Part shown: positions 11,001 through 28,237 of the stretch, piece after piece
How positions within the stretch are numbered: position 1 is the first letter of the stretch
How the letters are laid out: every line of letters starts with the position of its first letter
NCBI GenBank assembly: GCA_002269645.1
Contig: NIVC01003579.1
Location: forward strand, 1-64,000
Source of the DNA: Macrostomum lignano
Lineage: Eukaryota
DNA length: 64,000 nucleotides
Direction: 5' to 3'
The notes under the pieces: generated by a model
Databases searched by the model: none
What the model was told of the DNA's origin: nothing
What the model saw: only the letters and a program-made list of their open reading frames with translations
Position numbers and translations under genes: made by a program

Positions 11001-14000
11001 ATCCGGTAAAATCTTCAGTTTCTTTGGCGCCAAATCCGGTAAAATCTTCAGTTTTTTTGGCGCCAAATCCGGTAAAATCTTCAGTTTCTTCTGGCGCCAA
11101 ATCCGGTAAAATCTTCAGTTTCTTCTGGCGCCAAATCCGGTAAAATCTTCAGTTTCTTTGGCGCCAAATCCGGTAAAATCTTCAGTTTCTTCTGGCGCCA
11201 AATCCGGTAAAATCTTCAGTTTCTTTGGCGCCAAATCCGGTAAAATCTTCAGTTTCTTTGGCGCCAAATCCGGTAAAATCTTCAGTTTCTTCTGGCGCCA
11301 AATCCGGTAAAATCTTCAGTTTCTTTGGCGCCAAATCCGGTAAAATCTTCAGTTTCTTTGGCGCCAAATCCGGTAAAATCTTCAGTTTCTTCTGGCGCCA
11401 AATCCGGTAAAATCTTCAGTTTCTTCTGGCGCCAAATCCGGTAAAATCTTCAGTTTCTTTGGCGCCAAATCCGGTAAAATCTTCAGTTTCTTCTGGCGCC
11501 AAATCCGGTAAAATCTTCAGTTTCTTTGGCGCCAAATCCGGTAAAATCTTCTGTTTCTTCTGGCGCCAAATCCGGTAAAATCTTCAGTTTCTTTGGCGCC
11601 AAATCCGGTAAAATCTTCAGTTTCTTCTGGCGCCAAATCCGGTAAAATCTTCAGTTTCTTCTGGCGCCAAATCCGGTAAAATCTTCAGTTTCTTCTGGCG
11701 CCAAATCCGGTAAAATCTTCAGTTTCTTTGGCGCCAAATCCGGTAAAATCTTCAGTTTCTTTGGCGCCAAATCCGGTAAAATCTTCAGTTTCTTCTGGCG
11801 CCAAATCCGGTAAAATCTTCAGTTTCTTTGGCGCCAAATCCGGTAAAATCTTCAGTTTCTTTGGCGCCAAATCCGGTAAAATCTTCAGTTTCTTCTGGCG
11901 CCAAATCCGGTAAAATCTTCAGTTTCTTTGGCGCCAAATCCGGTAAAATCTTCAGTTTCTTCTGGCGCCAAATTCGGTAAAATCTTCAGTTTCTTTGGCG
12001 CCAAATCCGGTAAAATCTTCAGTTTCTTCTGGCGCCAAATCCGGTAAAATCTTCAGTTTCTTTGGCGCCAAATCCGGTAAAATCTTCAGTTTCTTCTGGC
12101 GCCAAATCCGGTAAAATCTTCAGTTTCTTCTGGCGCCAAATCCGGTAAAATCTTCAGTTTCTTCTGGCGCCAAATCCGGTAAAATCTTCAGTTTCTTTGG
12201 CGCCAAATCCGGTAAAATCTTCAGTTTCTTTGGCGCCAAATCCGGTAAAATCTTCAGTTTCTTCTGGCGCCAAATCCGGTAAAATCTTCAGTTTCTTCTG
12301 GCGCCAAATCCGGTAAAATCTTCAGTTTCTTTGGCGCCAAATCCGGTAAAATCTTCTGTTTCTTCTGGCGCCAAATCCGGTAAAATCTTCAGTTTCTTTG
12401 GCGCCAAATCCGGTAAAATCTTCAGTTTCTTCTGGCGCCAAATCCGGTAAAATCTTCAGTTTCTTTGGCGCCAAATCCGGTAAAATCTTCAGTTTCTTCT
12501 GGCGCCAAATCCGGTAAAATCTTCAGTTTCTTTGGCGCCAAATCCGGTAAAATCTTCAGTTTCTTCTGGCGCCAAATCCGGTAAAATCTTCAGTTTCTTC
12601 TGGCGCCAAATCCGGTAAAATCTTCAGTTTCTTTGGCGCCAAATCCGGTAAAATCTTCAGTTTCTTTGGCGCCAAATCCGGTAAAATCTTCAGTTTCTTT
12701 GGCGCCAAATCCGGTAAAATCTTCAGTTTCTTCTGGCGCCAAATCCGGTAAAATCTTCAGTTTCTTTGGCGCCAAATCCGGTAAAATCTTCAGTTTCTTT
12801 GGCGCCAAATCCGGTAAAATCTTCAGTTTCTTTGGCGCCAAATCCGGTAAAATCTTCAGTTTTTTTGGCGCCAAATCCGGCCTCGGTTCCAAGCGCCTAA
12901 GCCTTTGATCAATTATGACAAACTTAATGCGAGTACCCCCCCCCCCCCTCAACAATTTTTAGCTGGTTTCCGCCGACGCAGAAGGCAGCGTTAACTCCGA
13001 CGGTCAACAGCAGCAGCAGCAGCAGTCTGTCGATGGTGCACGCGGCGGCGGAGGTGGCGCCGCAGGCGCTGGAGCTAGTGGTTCTGCTGCTGGCGGAGCA
13101 GACGACAATGGCTGCGACTCTTGCACAGACTCCGAGAGCGTCTACAGCGCCTCCCAGCGAGGCGATCGGGTTGCGCCATTGAGAAGTTTCAACGATTATA
13201 AACAGCATGGTGAGCTGAGAGCGTGAAAATAAGAAATCAATGTTGATGGACTATGGTAAAATCCAGATACCTGGATTAGAAGCAAATATTGGAAACAAAA
13301 AAATATAATACATCGTTTGAGAATATGAAAATCACAGTCCTGGAATTAGAAATCAACAGTCCACGAATTAGAAATCAACAGTCCATGAATTGCAAATCAA
13401 CAGTCCATGAACTAGAAATCAACAGTCCATGAATTGGAAATCAACAGTCCATGAATTGCAAATCAACAGTCCATGAACTAGAAATCAACAGTCCATGAAT
13501 TGCAAATCAACAGTCCATGAACTAGAAATCAACAGTCCATGAATTGGAAATCAACAGTCCATGAATTGCAAATCAACAGTCCATGAACTAGAAATCAACA
13601 GTCCATGAATTGGAAATCAACAGTCCATGAATTGCAAATCAACAGTCCATGAACTAGAAATCAACAGTCCATGAATTGCAAATCAACAGTCCATGAACTA
13701 GAAATCAACAGTCCATGAATTGGAAATCAACAGTCCATGAATTGCAAATCAACAGTCCATGAACTAGAAATCAACAGTCCATGAATTGCAAATCAACAGT
13801 CCATGAACTAGAAATCAACAGTCCATGAATTGGAAATCAACAGTCCATGAATTGCAAATCAACAGTCCATGAACTAGAAATCAACAGTCCATGAATTGGA
13901 AATCAACAGTCCATGAATTGCAAATCAACAGTCCATGAACTAGAAATCAACAGTCCATGAATTGCAAATCAACAGTCCATGAACTAGAAATCAACAGTCC

Positions 14001-17000
14001 ATGAATTGGAAATCAACAGTCCATGAATTGCAAATCAACAGTCCATGAACTAGAAATCAACAGTCCATGAATTGGAAATCAACAGTCCATGAATTGCAAA
14101 TCAACAGTCCATGAACTAGAAATCAACAGTCCATGAATTGCAAATCAACAGTCCATGAACTAGAAATCAACAGTCCATGAATTGGAAATCAACAGTCCAT
14201 GAATTGCAAATCAACAGTCCATGAACTAGAAATCAACAGTCCATGAATTGCAAATCAACAGTCCATGAACTAGAAATCAACAGTCCATGAATTGGAAATC
14301 AACAGTCCATGAATTGCAAATCAACAGTCCATGAACTAGAAATCAACAGTCCATGAATTGGAAATCAACAGTCCATGAATTGCAAATCAACAGTCCATGA
14401 ACTAGAAATCAACAGTCCATGAATTGGAAATCAACAGTCCATGAATTGCAAATCAACAGTCCATGAATTAGAAATCAACACTCCATGAATTGGAAATCAA
14501 CAGTCCATGAAATTATCCTATCCTTGCATTGACAGCCCAGCGCATCAACGTTGGCCGAGTGTACAACTCCCGGCATCATCACCACCATCACCATGGCAAC
14601 CAGGCTGGCGGCTCCCAATCGGCAACCTACGAGTCGGCCAGCAGCATGCTGTCAAGCGATTTGGACACCACTTCGTTTTTTGACAGCGAAGACGACGCCG
14701 AGAGCAGCCTGTTCAGCAGCGCCACAAACACCACCTACTCCATGGGCGGCGGGCCTCACGGACGGCTGAGTCTGCAGAATCGGAAGCGGCAGAACCGGCG
14801 GCGACGGGGGCCGCCTATTAGCAGGGTGAGGAGGAAACAGACTTGAGCCATTCCAGCTATCAGATACTGCCGTCAGCCTCAGCTCTCTTCGAGAATCGCC
14901 CCTCAGTTCCCTCCGAGAATCGCCCCTCAGCTCCGTCCGAGAATCGCCACTCAGCTCCCTCCGAGAATCGCCCCTCAGCTCCCTCCGAGAATCGCCCCTC
15001 AGCTCCTTCCGAGAATCGCCCCTCAGCTCCGTCCGAGAATCGCCCCTCAGCTCCCCTAGAATCGCCTGCAAAGCCATTAAGAATCGCATCTCAGCTCCGT
15101 CTAAAATCGTCTACAAAGTCAATAAGAATCGCCCCTCAGCTCGCATAGAATCACCCCTCAGCTCCCATAGAATCGCCTAAAAGCCATTAAGAATCGCCCC
15201 TCAGCTTCCATAGAATCGCCTAAAAGCCATTAAGAATCGCCCCTCAGCTCGCATAGAATCGCCTAAAAGCCATTAAGAATCGCCCCTCAGCTCGCATAGA
15301 ATCGCCTACAAAGCCATTAAGAATCGCCCCTCAGCTCCCATAGAACCGCCTAAAAGCCATTAAGAATCGCCCCTCAGCTCGCATAGAAATCGCCTAAAAG
15401 CCATTAAGAATCGCCCCTCAGCTCGCATAGAATCGCCTACAAAGCCATTAAGAATCGCCCCTCAGCTCCCATAGAATCGCCTACAAAGCCATTAAGAATC
15501 GCCCCTCAGCTTCCATAGAATCGCCTAAAAGCCATTAAGAATCGCCCCTCAGCTCGCATAGAATCGCCTACAGAGCCATTAAGAATCGCCCCTCAGCTCC
15601 CATAGAACCGCCTAAAAGCCATTAAGAATCGCCCCTCAGCTCCCATAGAACCGCCTAAAAGCCATTAAGAATCGCCCCTCAGCTCGCATAGAATCGCCTA
15701 AAAGCCATTAAGAATCGCCCCTCAGCTCGCATAGAATCGCCTACAAAGCCATTAAGAATCGCCCCTCAGCTCCCATAGAATCGCCTACAAAGCCATTAAG
15801 AATCGCCCCTCAGCTCCCATAGAATCGCCTGCAAAGCCATTAAGAATCACCCTTAACCCCCCCCCCCACTCCAGACGTCCTCATTCAGCAGCATCACGGA
15901 GTCAGCCTTCTCCCTAAACGTGCAAACGGTGGAGCTGGACATGGACGCGGTGCAGTTCCTCGGCATCAGCATAGTTGGCCACCCGGCAGTCAACGGCGGC
16001 TCAGGCGGCATCTACGTCGGTTCAATCATGCGCGGCGGCGCTGTTGAACGCGAAGGCAGCATCCAGCCAGGCGACATGCTCCTAGAGGTGAACGGCGTCA
16101 CCTTTGAAAATTTAGAAAATGACGAAGCTGTTCGAATTCTACGCGAACAGGTTCAGAAACCGGGCAAGATTACTCTGGTGGTGGCCAAGTGCTGGGACTC
16201 CAGAGACTATCTGAGAGTGCCTAGAGAGGAGCCTGTTAGGCCTATCGATCCGAGGGCCTGGGTGCTGCATACTAATGCTATGCGACAGGACCCCAGCTCT
16301 GCCGGGGCTAGCGGTGTGTCCGGCGGCGGGTCATCTCAGGTCACGCCTGCGGCCTCTTGTATGGGCGGCGAGAACTTGTGCGATAGCCGGTTGACTGTTA
16401 CTGGTGAGTGGCGTCGGGGTCTCTGGGAAGATGGTTTCATTGGGAAGGGTTTGGTTCCTTACAGGGGATTATAGATTATAAGATTATAAGATTCCTCATA
16501 TGAGATTATCAAGTGGAATTAGATTCCTCATGGGAGATTATTATCAAGTGGGATTAAATTCCTCATATGAGATTATCAAGTGGGATTAGATTCCTCATGG
16601 GAGATTATTATCAAGTGGGATTAAATTCCTCATATGAGATTATCAAGTGGGATTAGATTCCTAATAAAAGATTAACAAGTGAGATTAGATTCCACATGGA
16701 AGATTATCAAGTGAGATTAGATTCCTCATGGAAGATTATCAAGTGGGATTAGATTCCTCATGGAAGATTATCAAGTGGGATTAAATTCCTCATATGAGAT
16801 TATCAAGTAGGATTAAATTTCTTATGTGAGATTATCAAGTGGGATTAAATTTCTTATGTGAGATTATCAAGTGAGATTAGATTCCTCGTGGGAGATTATC
16901 AAGTGAGATTAAATTCCTCATGAGAGATTATTATCAAATGGGATTATATTCCTCATGGGAGATGATCAAGTGGGATTAGATTCCATATGGGAGATTATCA

Positions 17001-18610
17001 AAAGGGATTAGATTCCTCATGGGAGATTATTATCAAATGGGATTATATTCCTCATGGGAGATGATCAAGTGGGATTAGATTCCTCATGAGAGATTATCAA
17101 GTAGGGATTAGATTCCTCATGGGAGATTATCAAGTGGGATTAGATTCCTCATGGGAGATTATCAAAAGGGATTAGATTCCTCATGGGAGATTATTATCAA
17201 GTGGGATTAAATTCCTCATGGAAGATTATCAAGTGGGATTAGATTCCATATGGGAGATTATCAAGTAGGGATTAGATTCCTCATAGGAGATTATCAAGTA
17301 GGGATTAGATTCCTCATAGGAGATTATCAAGCAGGGATTAGATTCCTCATAGGAGATTATCAAGTAGGGATTAGATTCCTCATGGGAGATTATCAAGTAG
17401 GGATTAGATTCCTCATAGGAGATTATCAAGCAGGGATTAGATTCCTCATAGGAGATTATCAAGTAGGGATTAGATTCCTCATGGGAGATTATCAAGTAGG
17501 GATTAGATTCCTCATAGGAGATTATCAAGTAGGGATTAGATTCCTCATAGGAGATTATCAAGTAGGGATTAGATTCCTCATAGGAGATTATAACAAAGTC
17601 CCAACCCCAAATTGCAGCGGCCAGCGTGAGCACATCGTCTTGCTCTCTGCCCGAGTCTGAGCGCTACACAGCCGAGGAGCTGATGCCGCCCCTGACTACC
17701 AGAACCGATCTGATCACCATTGTCAAGGCTATGGCCCTGCCGGACTCTGGACTGGAGGTTCGCGACCGAACTTGGCTGAAGATCACCATACCCAAGGCTT
17801 TTATCGGTTAGTTTTTGTGCGACCTGATTGTTTTAAATATTGATTTGCGCCTCTGTATAGTTTTTTACGCTACATGTCGGTAGTCCAAGCAGTTCTATTA
17901 CCGATCTCTCTCCCGGTCTCTATCTCTTCTCGTCTATCCTCTATCTAACTCTGAGTCTACTTTCTCACCCATCTACCTCTTATTTTCTCTATCTACTTTC
18001 TCACCCATCTACCTCTTATTCTCTATCTACTTTCTTACCTATCTACCTCTTATTCTCTATCTACTTTCTCACCCATCTACCTCTTATTCTCTATCTACTT
18101 TCTTACCTATCTACCTTTTATTATCTATCTACTTTCTCACCCATCTCCCACTCAGTCTCTATCTTTCTTCTTTTCAACCATCTACTTCTCATTCTCTGTC
18201 TACTTTCTCTACCTCCTAGTTATTCCTCAAGATTTTTCTTTGTTATTCTCCACTCCCCATCTAATTGGTGCCTTCCTCCACCTCCAGGCTCAGATCTGGT
18301 TGACTGGCTCTATTCCCGAGTCGAAGGCTTCTCAGAACGCAAAGAGGCCCGCAAGATGGCGCTGGAGATGCTGAAGCGGGGTTATATTCGCCACACAGTG
18401 AATAAAGTGAGCTTCTCCGAGCAGTGCTATTATGTATTCGGAGACTGCGCCGGGCACCAGCCTCATCTGCACACGATGCTGGACTCTGCCCAGGCTCCAC
18501 TGCCTACTATGGGCATGTCCAAGCTCAACCTGATGGACAGCGGCGCCGATTTGGGCATGCCGCAGCCCCAGCCTCCTCAGCAGTATCCTATGGGATTAAT
18601 GTCCTCTCAG

Positions 18611-18645
<35 letters not shown>

Positions 18646-20145
18646 ACTTCATCATCAGATTCCGCTTCCGCCGCCTCAAGGAACCTGGGGCGCTCCGCCG
18701 CCAAGCTACCCCAGTCTGTACGGCACGACTGACTCTGAGGGTCTGAGCCAATACAGCAGTGTGCTGATGCAGCAGCAGCAGCAACAACAGCAGCAGCAGA
18801 CTGGCATGATTGGCGGTGTCATGCCGCCGGCTAATTCGACTACAGTTGTTAGCGATAATTCAGGTGGGTTCGAGTCACTTTTGTGCGGTCTGTAGCATTT
18901 GGTGTTGTGCTATGAAAATCCTTCTCGGGTCTTAGTTTCTTGACTCCTTGTGACACTTGACACAGTACTCGATTCTAGTTAGTAGTAGCATTAGTAGTAT
19001 TCGTAGTAGGAGTAGTAATAATGTTATTATAATAGTAGTAGTAATAGTAGTAGTAGTACTAGTAGAAGCAGTTGTAGAATCAAAGTAGTTTACATCTGTT
19101 AAAAAATTGCAAAGCGTTTTACTAGTACTACTAATATTAATCGCAATACTACCTCTGATATATGTGACTTTGATAGTGTACTTTGACTTTTCATATTGTT
19201 CGGTAGTGGATCCTATTCACGCATAATAGATGCTTTAAAAGAACTCGATCTCATTAATTTCAATTTCTAAGAAATGCCTCATCACTAATAAAGGTGCCCT
19301 TTTTTAATTCTGCAAGAATCACCCTAATCTAATTTTTGAATAATGTCAATTGATCTTATCATTTCTAAGAATCACTAGTGGTCTCATTCTCTATGAATTA
19401 TACACAATGTCATTTTCTAAGAATCATGCATATGGTCATATTTTCTAAGAATCATACATGCTCATTTTCTAAGAATCATACATGCTCTTATTTTCTAAGA
19501 ATCATACATGCTCTCATTTTCTAAGAATCATACATGCTCTCATTTTCTAAGAATCATACATGCTCTCATTTTCTAAGAATCATACATGCTCTCATTTTCT
19601 AAGAATCATACATGCTCTCATTTTCTAAGAATCATACATGCTCTCATTTTCTAAGAATCATACATGCTCTCATTTTCTAAGAATCATACATGCTCTCATT
19701 TTCTAAGAATCATACATGCTCTCATTTTCTAAGAATCATATTTGATACCATTTTCTAAGAATCATACATGATCTTATTTTCTAAGAATCATACATGATAA
19801 CATTTTCTAAGAATCATACATGATCTTATTTTCTAAGAATCATACATGATAACATTTTCTAAGAATCATACATGATCTTATTTTCTAAGAATCATAGTTG
19901 ATCTTATTTTCTGAGAATCATACATCTCGTTTTCAGACAGCAGCTCAGCCTCGTCGCGCAGTCGCAGCTCCATCCCCATGACCATACCTCCAACGTCGCA
20001 GTCCTCAGTTGGCGTCCATCCTCTCAGCCAGCAGCCTCAGCAGTCGCAGATGTCGCACAGCTTCGCATCCTCGGCTAGCGGCATGGCGCCCACGGTTTCC
20101 ACGGCAACCGTGGCTTGGAAACACCCGGCCCCAGTTTGGCAATAA
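8032..20145 (+). CDS. dvl: Dishevelled (DIX-PDZ-DEP); exon 1 lies upstream of the window
   Basis: Phase-compatible GT-AG exons: 8032-8101 ([26 protein letters not shown]); 12963-13209 (LVSAD.., polyQ); 14536-14825 ([19 protein letters not shown], basic region); 15875-16403 ([47 protein letters not shown]); 17618-17806 ([22 protein letters not shown]); 18288-18863 ([29 protein letters not shown], polyQ); 19937-20145 (stop TAA 20143-20145 overlapping AATAAA). Confidence 0.96.
8285..12880. repeat. 33/34-bp minisatellite, ~4.6 kb, in dvl intron
   Basis: GGCGCCAAATCCGGTAAAATCTTCAGTTTC-TTT/TTCT, roughly 135-140 near-identical units. Confidence 0.98.
13345..14510. repeat. 22-bp minisatellite with three variants in dvl intron
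   Basis: AAATCAACAGTCCATGAA + TTGC / CTAG / TTGG. Confidence 0.98.
14890..15850. repeat. 24-bp then 43/44-bp minisatellites in dvl intron
   Basis: GAGAATCGCCCCTCAGCTCCCTCC, then GAATCGCCCCTCAGCTCSCATAGAATCGCCTA(C)AAAGCCATTAA. Confidence 0.95.
16480..17592. repeat. 32/33-bp minisatellite in dvl intron
   Basis: GGAGATTATCAAGT(A)GGGATTAGATTCCTCATR; degenerate 5' half, homogeneous 3' half. Confidence 0.95.
17950..18150. repeat. ~34-bp pyrimidine-rich repeat in dvl intron
   Basis: CTATCTACTTTCTCACCCATCTACCTCTTATTCT, about 5 copies. Confidence 0.85.
19400..19922. repeat. 26-bp minisatellite in last dvl intron
   Basis: TTTTCTAAGAATCATACATGCTCTCA, ending ~14 nt before the acceptor at 19936. Confidence 0.95.
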
Positions 20146-20514
20146 AAAATTGATGTTTCCTTAAATTCTCACTATATTCTACTATCACAAGTAGTGAATA
20201 AGATTAACATGCTTGGTCTGTTCTATTTTGAAGTTATAAAATTTGTCACGGATCTCTGCAATAATATTGTTTGTTTGTTTGGCTTGTTTGTTTAACTGCT
20301 GCAATTTTAATTGTAAATTATAAGAATTTTTTAAATATCCTACACTATCCTATTGCTCGATATTTTCAAGTCGATTTTGTTTTCTTTGTGTTTTTTTATT
20401 GTTTATTTAGTTTTTTCCTTAAAAAAGCCATAAGATTAGCCATACTTGACCAAGCCTTAGCCATGGAAGCCTGCTAATTCATAAACAGTTTTTTTAATAA
20501 TAAACTAAACATAT

Positions 20515-20830
20515 TTAGAGTCACCCCTAAACTAAATAAATTTAGAATCGCCCCTAAACTAAATAAATTTAGAATCGCCCCTAAACTAAATAAATTTATA
20601 ATCGCCCCTAAACTAAATAAATTTATAATCGCCCCTAAACTAAGTATATTTAGAATCGCCCCTAAACTAAATAAATTTAGAATCGCCCCTAAACTAAATA
20701 AATTTATAATCGCCCCTAAACTAAATAAATTTATAATCGCCCCTAAACTAAATAAATTTATAATCGCCCCTAAACTAAATATATTTATAATCGCCCCTAA
20801 ACTAAATATAATAAGAATCGCCCCAAACTG
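20515..20830. repeat. 27-bp minisatellite 3' of dvl
   Basis: ATCGCCCCTAAACTAAATAAATTTAKA. Confidence 0.93.
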
Positions 20831-22109
20831 AATATATTATAATATAAAAATTTTAATATATAACTTTATTAAAATCAAATTAAATTAAAAAGTTAAAAAT
20901 TAAATTAAATAATTAAATTTTGGTTATAATTAGTTATATAATTTATAACTAAATATATACTATTCTTAGAGAGCTTAATTAGTTTGCTAGTTTTATTGCT
21001 ATTATGTATTTCTTTAGTTTTTAGTCTTTTCCTGTGGTTTTGAATTTTACACACTGATAAGAGAACTTGAATTTAAACTAATTTCTGAATGAAAATTTGT
21101 TTCAACTACTTATTTGTTTTGAAATTGTACAGTAGTATAAATGTGCAATGCTGATAAATACCATTTTCCACTGGCGTACCGAATCTCAAAAAAAGTTAAC
21201 GTTTGTAATTGGTTTTTTGCGTTAAATGCTTTCTATTGTGCTTTAACATTTTTCTACTATAAGTAGCTAGTTCGAGCATGTTAGTGTCATTTTTATTTAC
21301 TACGTAGAAAAAGGCGGTACTGACTGATTTGCATTAGTTATTATTGCAATTGCTTATTGCTGTTATGCGCGCTTTTAAACAAATTAAGTTCTGTTAAAAT
21401 CATTGACCCTGAGCTTCTTTAGCTTCTTCTTTTTTACCTGACTGGCTTTTTCTTTTTTGCATCGTTTGTCAGAAAATACAAAAGAAGAAAATTTTGCAGC
21501 TTTTCGTGTCAGTAGTACTGCTAGGGTATTTGTTCATTTTTTAATATTGGTGTCGTTTTAATTGTAGTAATTTTATGCATAGTGTATAATTATCATTTTT
21601 AGGGCTTCTGCAATAAGAAAAATGCAATTCATCTGTTGCTAATGCAGTAGTATAGTGCGGGCATGTGTATAAAATCAGTTCATTTTGTTTGTTTTAATCT
21701 GCTACGAGTAAATAGCTGAAGCATGCATGTAAAGCAAAAGTTATCAATTAAAACTTTTGCATTACTTATTGACTACTAATTATGTAATTCAGTAATATAC
21801 AAACCTTTTTATGACTAATTCTTTTGGAAACTGAAGCTCTTTAAAAGTGGGTACAATATAATTGCCTGTAATTAACTTTTTAATTTTTACAAAACTTTTG
21901 TTTTTCTTTTACTGTCAGTTAATTCAAATATTGTATCCATTATAGCAGCTATTATAAATAAATTTAAATACTTCAAACCATATATGCATATTTGTAGACA
22001 CGCCTAATGAAAAATCTAAATTCGAAGCTAAAAAATTCAACTAAACTCGACTTTGTTCTTTGTGTCACTTTTTCTTCCTTCGTTTGTGCATTTTTTGGCG
22101 TTAAGGAAG

Positions 22110-23343
22110 TATCGCCCCTGAACCACTCACTAAGAATCGCCCCTGAAAACCTCACTAAAACCGCCCCTGAAGCCTCACTAAGAATCGCCCCTGAAGTCCC
22201 ACTAAGAATCGCCCCTGAAGCCTCACTAAGAATCGCCCCTGAAGCCTCACTAAGAATCGCCCCTGAAAACCTCACTAAAACCGCCCCTGAAGCCTCACTA
22301 AGAATCGCCCCTGAAGCCTCACTAAGAATCGCCCCTGAAGCCTCACTAAAAATCGCCCCTGAAGCCTCACTAAGAATCGCCCCTGAAGCCTCACTAAGAA
22401 TCGCCTCTGAAGCCTCACTAAGAATCGCCTCTGAAGCCTCACTAAGAATCGCCCCTAAACCCTCACTAAGAATCGCTCAATAAGAATCGCCCCTAAACCC
22501 TCACTAAGAATCGCTCAATAAGAATCGCCCCTGAAGCCTCACTAAGAATCGCTCAATAAGAATCGCCCCTGAACCCTCACTAAGAATCGCTCAATAAGAA
22601 TCGCCCCTGAAGCCTCACTAAGAATCGCTCAATAAGAATCGCCCCTGAACCCTCACTAAGAATCGCTCAATAAGAATCGCCCCTGAAGCCTCACTAAGAA
22701 TCGCTCAATAAGAATCCCCCTGAAGCCTCACTAAGAATCGCTCAATAAGAATCCCCCTGAACCCTCACTAAGAATCGCTCAATAAGAATCGCCCCTGAAG
22801 CCTCACTAAGAATCGCTCAATAAGAATCGCCCCTAAACCCTCACTAAGAATCGCTCAATAAGAATCGCCCCTGAACCCTCACTAAGAATCGCTCAATGAG
22901 AATCGCCCCTGAACCCTCACTAAGAATCGCTCAATGAGAATCCCCCTGAAGCCTCACTAAGAATCGCCCCTGAACCCCTCACTAAGATTCGCCCCTGAAC
23001 ACCTCACTAAGAATCACCCCTGAAGTCTCGCTGAAGCCGCCCCTGAAGTCTCGCTGAAGCCGCCCCTGAAGTCTCGCTGAAGCCGCCCCTGAAGTCTCGC
23101 TGAAGCCGCCCCTGAAGTCTCGCTGAAGCCGCCCCTGAAGTCTCGCTGAAGCCGCCCCTGAAGTCTCGCTGAAGCCGCCCCTGAAGTCTCGCTGAAGCCG
23201 CCCCTGAAGTCTCGCTGAAGCCGCCCCTGAAGTCTCGCTGAAGCCGCCCCTGAAGTCTCGCTGAAGCCGCCCCTGAAGTCTCGCTGAAGCCGCCCCTGAA
23301 GTCTCGCTTAAGCCGCCCCTGAAGTCTCGCTGAAGCCGCCCCT
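22110..23343. repeat. Compound minisatellite (24-bp, ~37-bp, then 23-bp units)
   Basis: GAATCGCCCCTGAAGCCTCACTAA, then a variant with AATCGCTCAATAAG, then TGAAGCCGCCCCTGAAGTCTCGC. Confidence 0.95.
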
Positions 23344-23370
23344 GGAAGGGCAGGTCGTACCGGGGCTCAC

Positions 23371-23922
23371 GGCTACCGGACATTTGCCCTCCGGCATTTG
23401 CCCTCCGGACATTTGCCCTCCGGCATTTCCCCTCCGGCATTTCCCCTCCGGACATTTGCCCTCCGGACGTTTGCCCTCAGGACATTTCCCCTCTGGAAAT
23501 GAAATTTCTCCACAATCATGAAACAAAAAAAGGCTGGGGATAGGGTAGGGCGCGGGTATATATTGCTTACTAGAAAAGGATGAGTTGTTGGCTGGAGAAG
23601 AACCTGATGGATGCAAGAGGCGGGAGGATGAGGTTGGTGCTGGAGGAACGACGGGTGGGTACAGGAGGAGGTGAGGTGAGTAATGTGCGAGGGGGTAAAT
23701 TTGCAGAGGGCAAATGTGCGGAGGGGAAATGTCCGGAGGGCAAATGTCCGGAGGGCAAATGTCCCCGAGGGCAAATGTCCCCGAGGGGAAATGTCCGGAG
23801 GGCAAATGTCCGGAGGGGAAATGTCCCGGAGGGCAAATGTCCGGAGGGCAAACGCCGCCGAGGGGAAGTGCCGGAGGGCAAGTGCCGGAGGGGAAGTGCC
23901 GGAGGGCAAATGTCCGGAAGCG
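23371..23922. mobile_element. Foldback/Mutator-type MITE, 552 bp, modular TIRs, 9-bp TSD
   Basis: Left GGCTACCGGACATTTGCCCTCCGGC; right reverse complement CGCTTCCGGACATTTGCCCTCCGGC. Repeated GGAGGGCAAATGTCC modules; exact GGGGCTCAC at 23362-23370 and 23923-23931. Confidence 0.88.
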
Positions 23923-24280
23923 GGGGCTCACACATACCGGTTGAAGCTCAGTATTACCTCGTAAAACGTCAACAAGTTTGGAAGTTCCGACAGTCAGTTA
24001 AAAAATTGTTATTAACTGGCCAACTTGCCCAACCGGTTGTCAAGAGTTATGACTAATAAATATTCTCTGGCTATTAAAGCTGCTAGTGACCCAACCCCCA
24101 CACTGGATCAATTAGCCATTGTATTCGGAAATTTTCGGAAGCCCGCGCGTGACTTCAATATCCTAGCTGGTTTGCAAATGGTTTTTTCCATATTTCTGAC
24201 AGATCAATAAACTTATGTCCTTGGCCGCTTAGCGGCTTCAGGGCTCTAATGGGAGTCGATACTCTTTATTGTCTTCAATG

Positions 24281-24288
24281 TATAAATA
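24281..24288 (+). promoter_or_regulatory. Candidate TATA box of arginase
   Basis: TATAAATA ~80 nt upstream of ATG 24363; motif match only. Confidence 0.3.
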
Positions 24289-24362
24289 TGCGCAAGCAGT
24301 CCAGGGTTTTAAGCCAGCAAGGAATTTCTCTAAGTTAACTATTTTCACTGTAGAAATACAAT

Positions 24363-28237
<3,875 letters not shown>

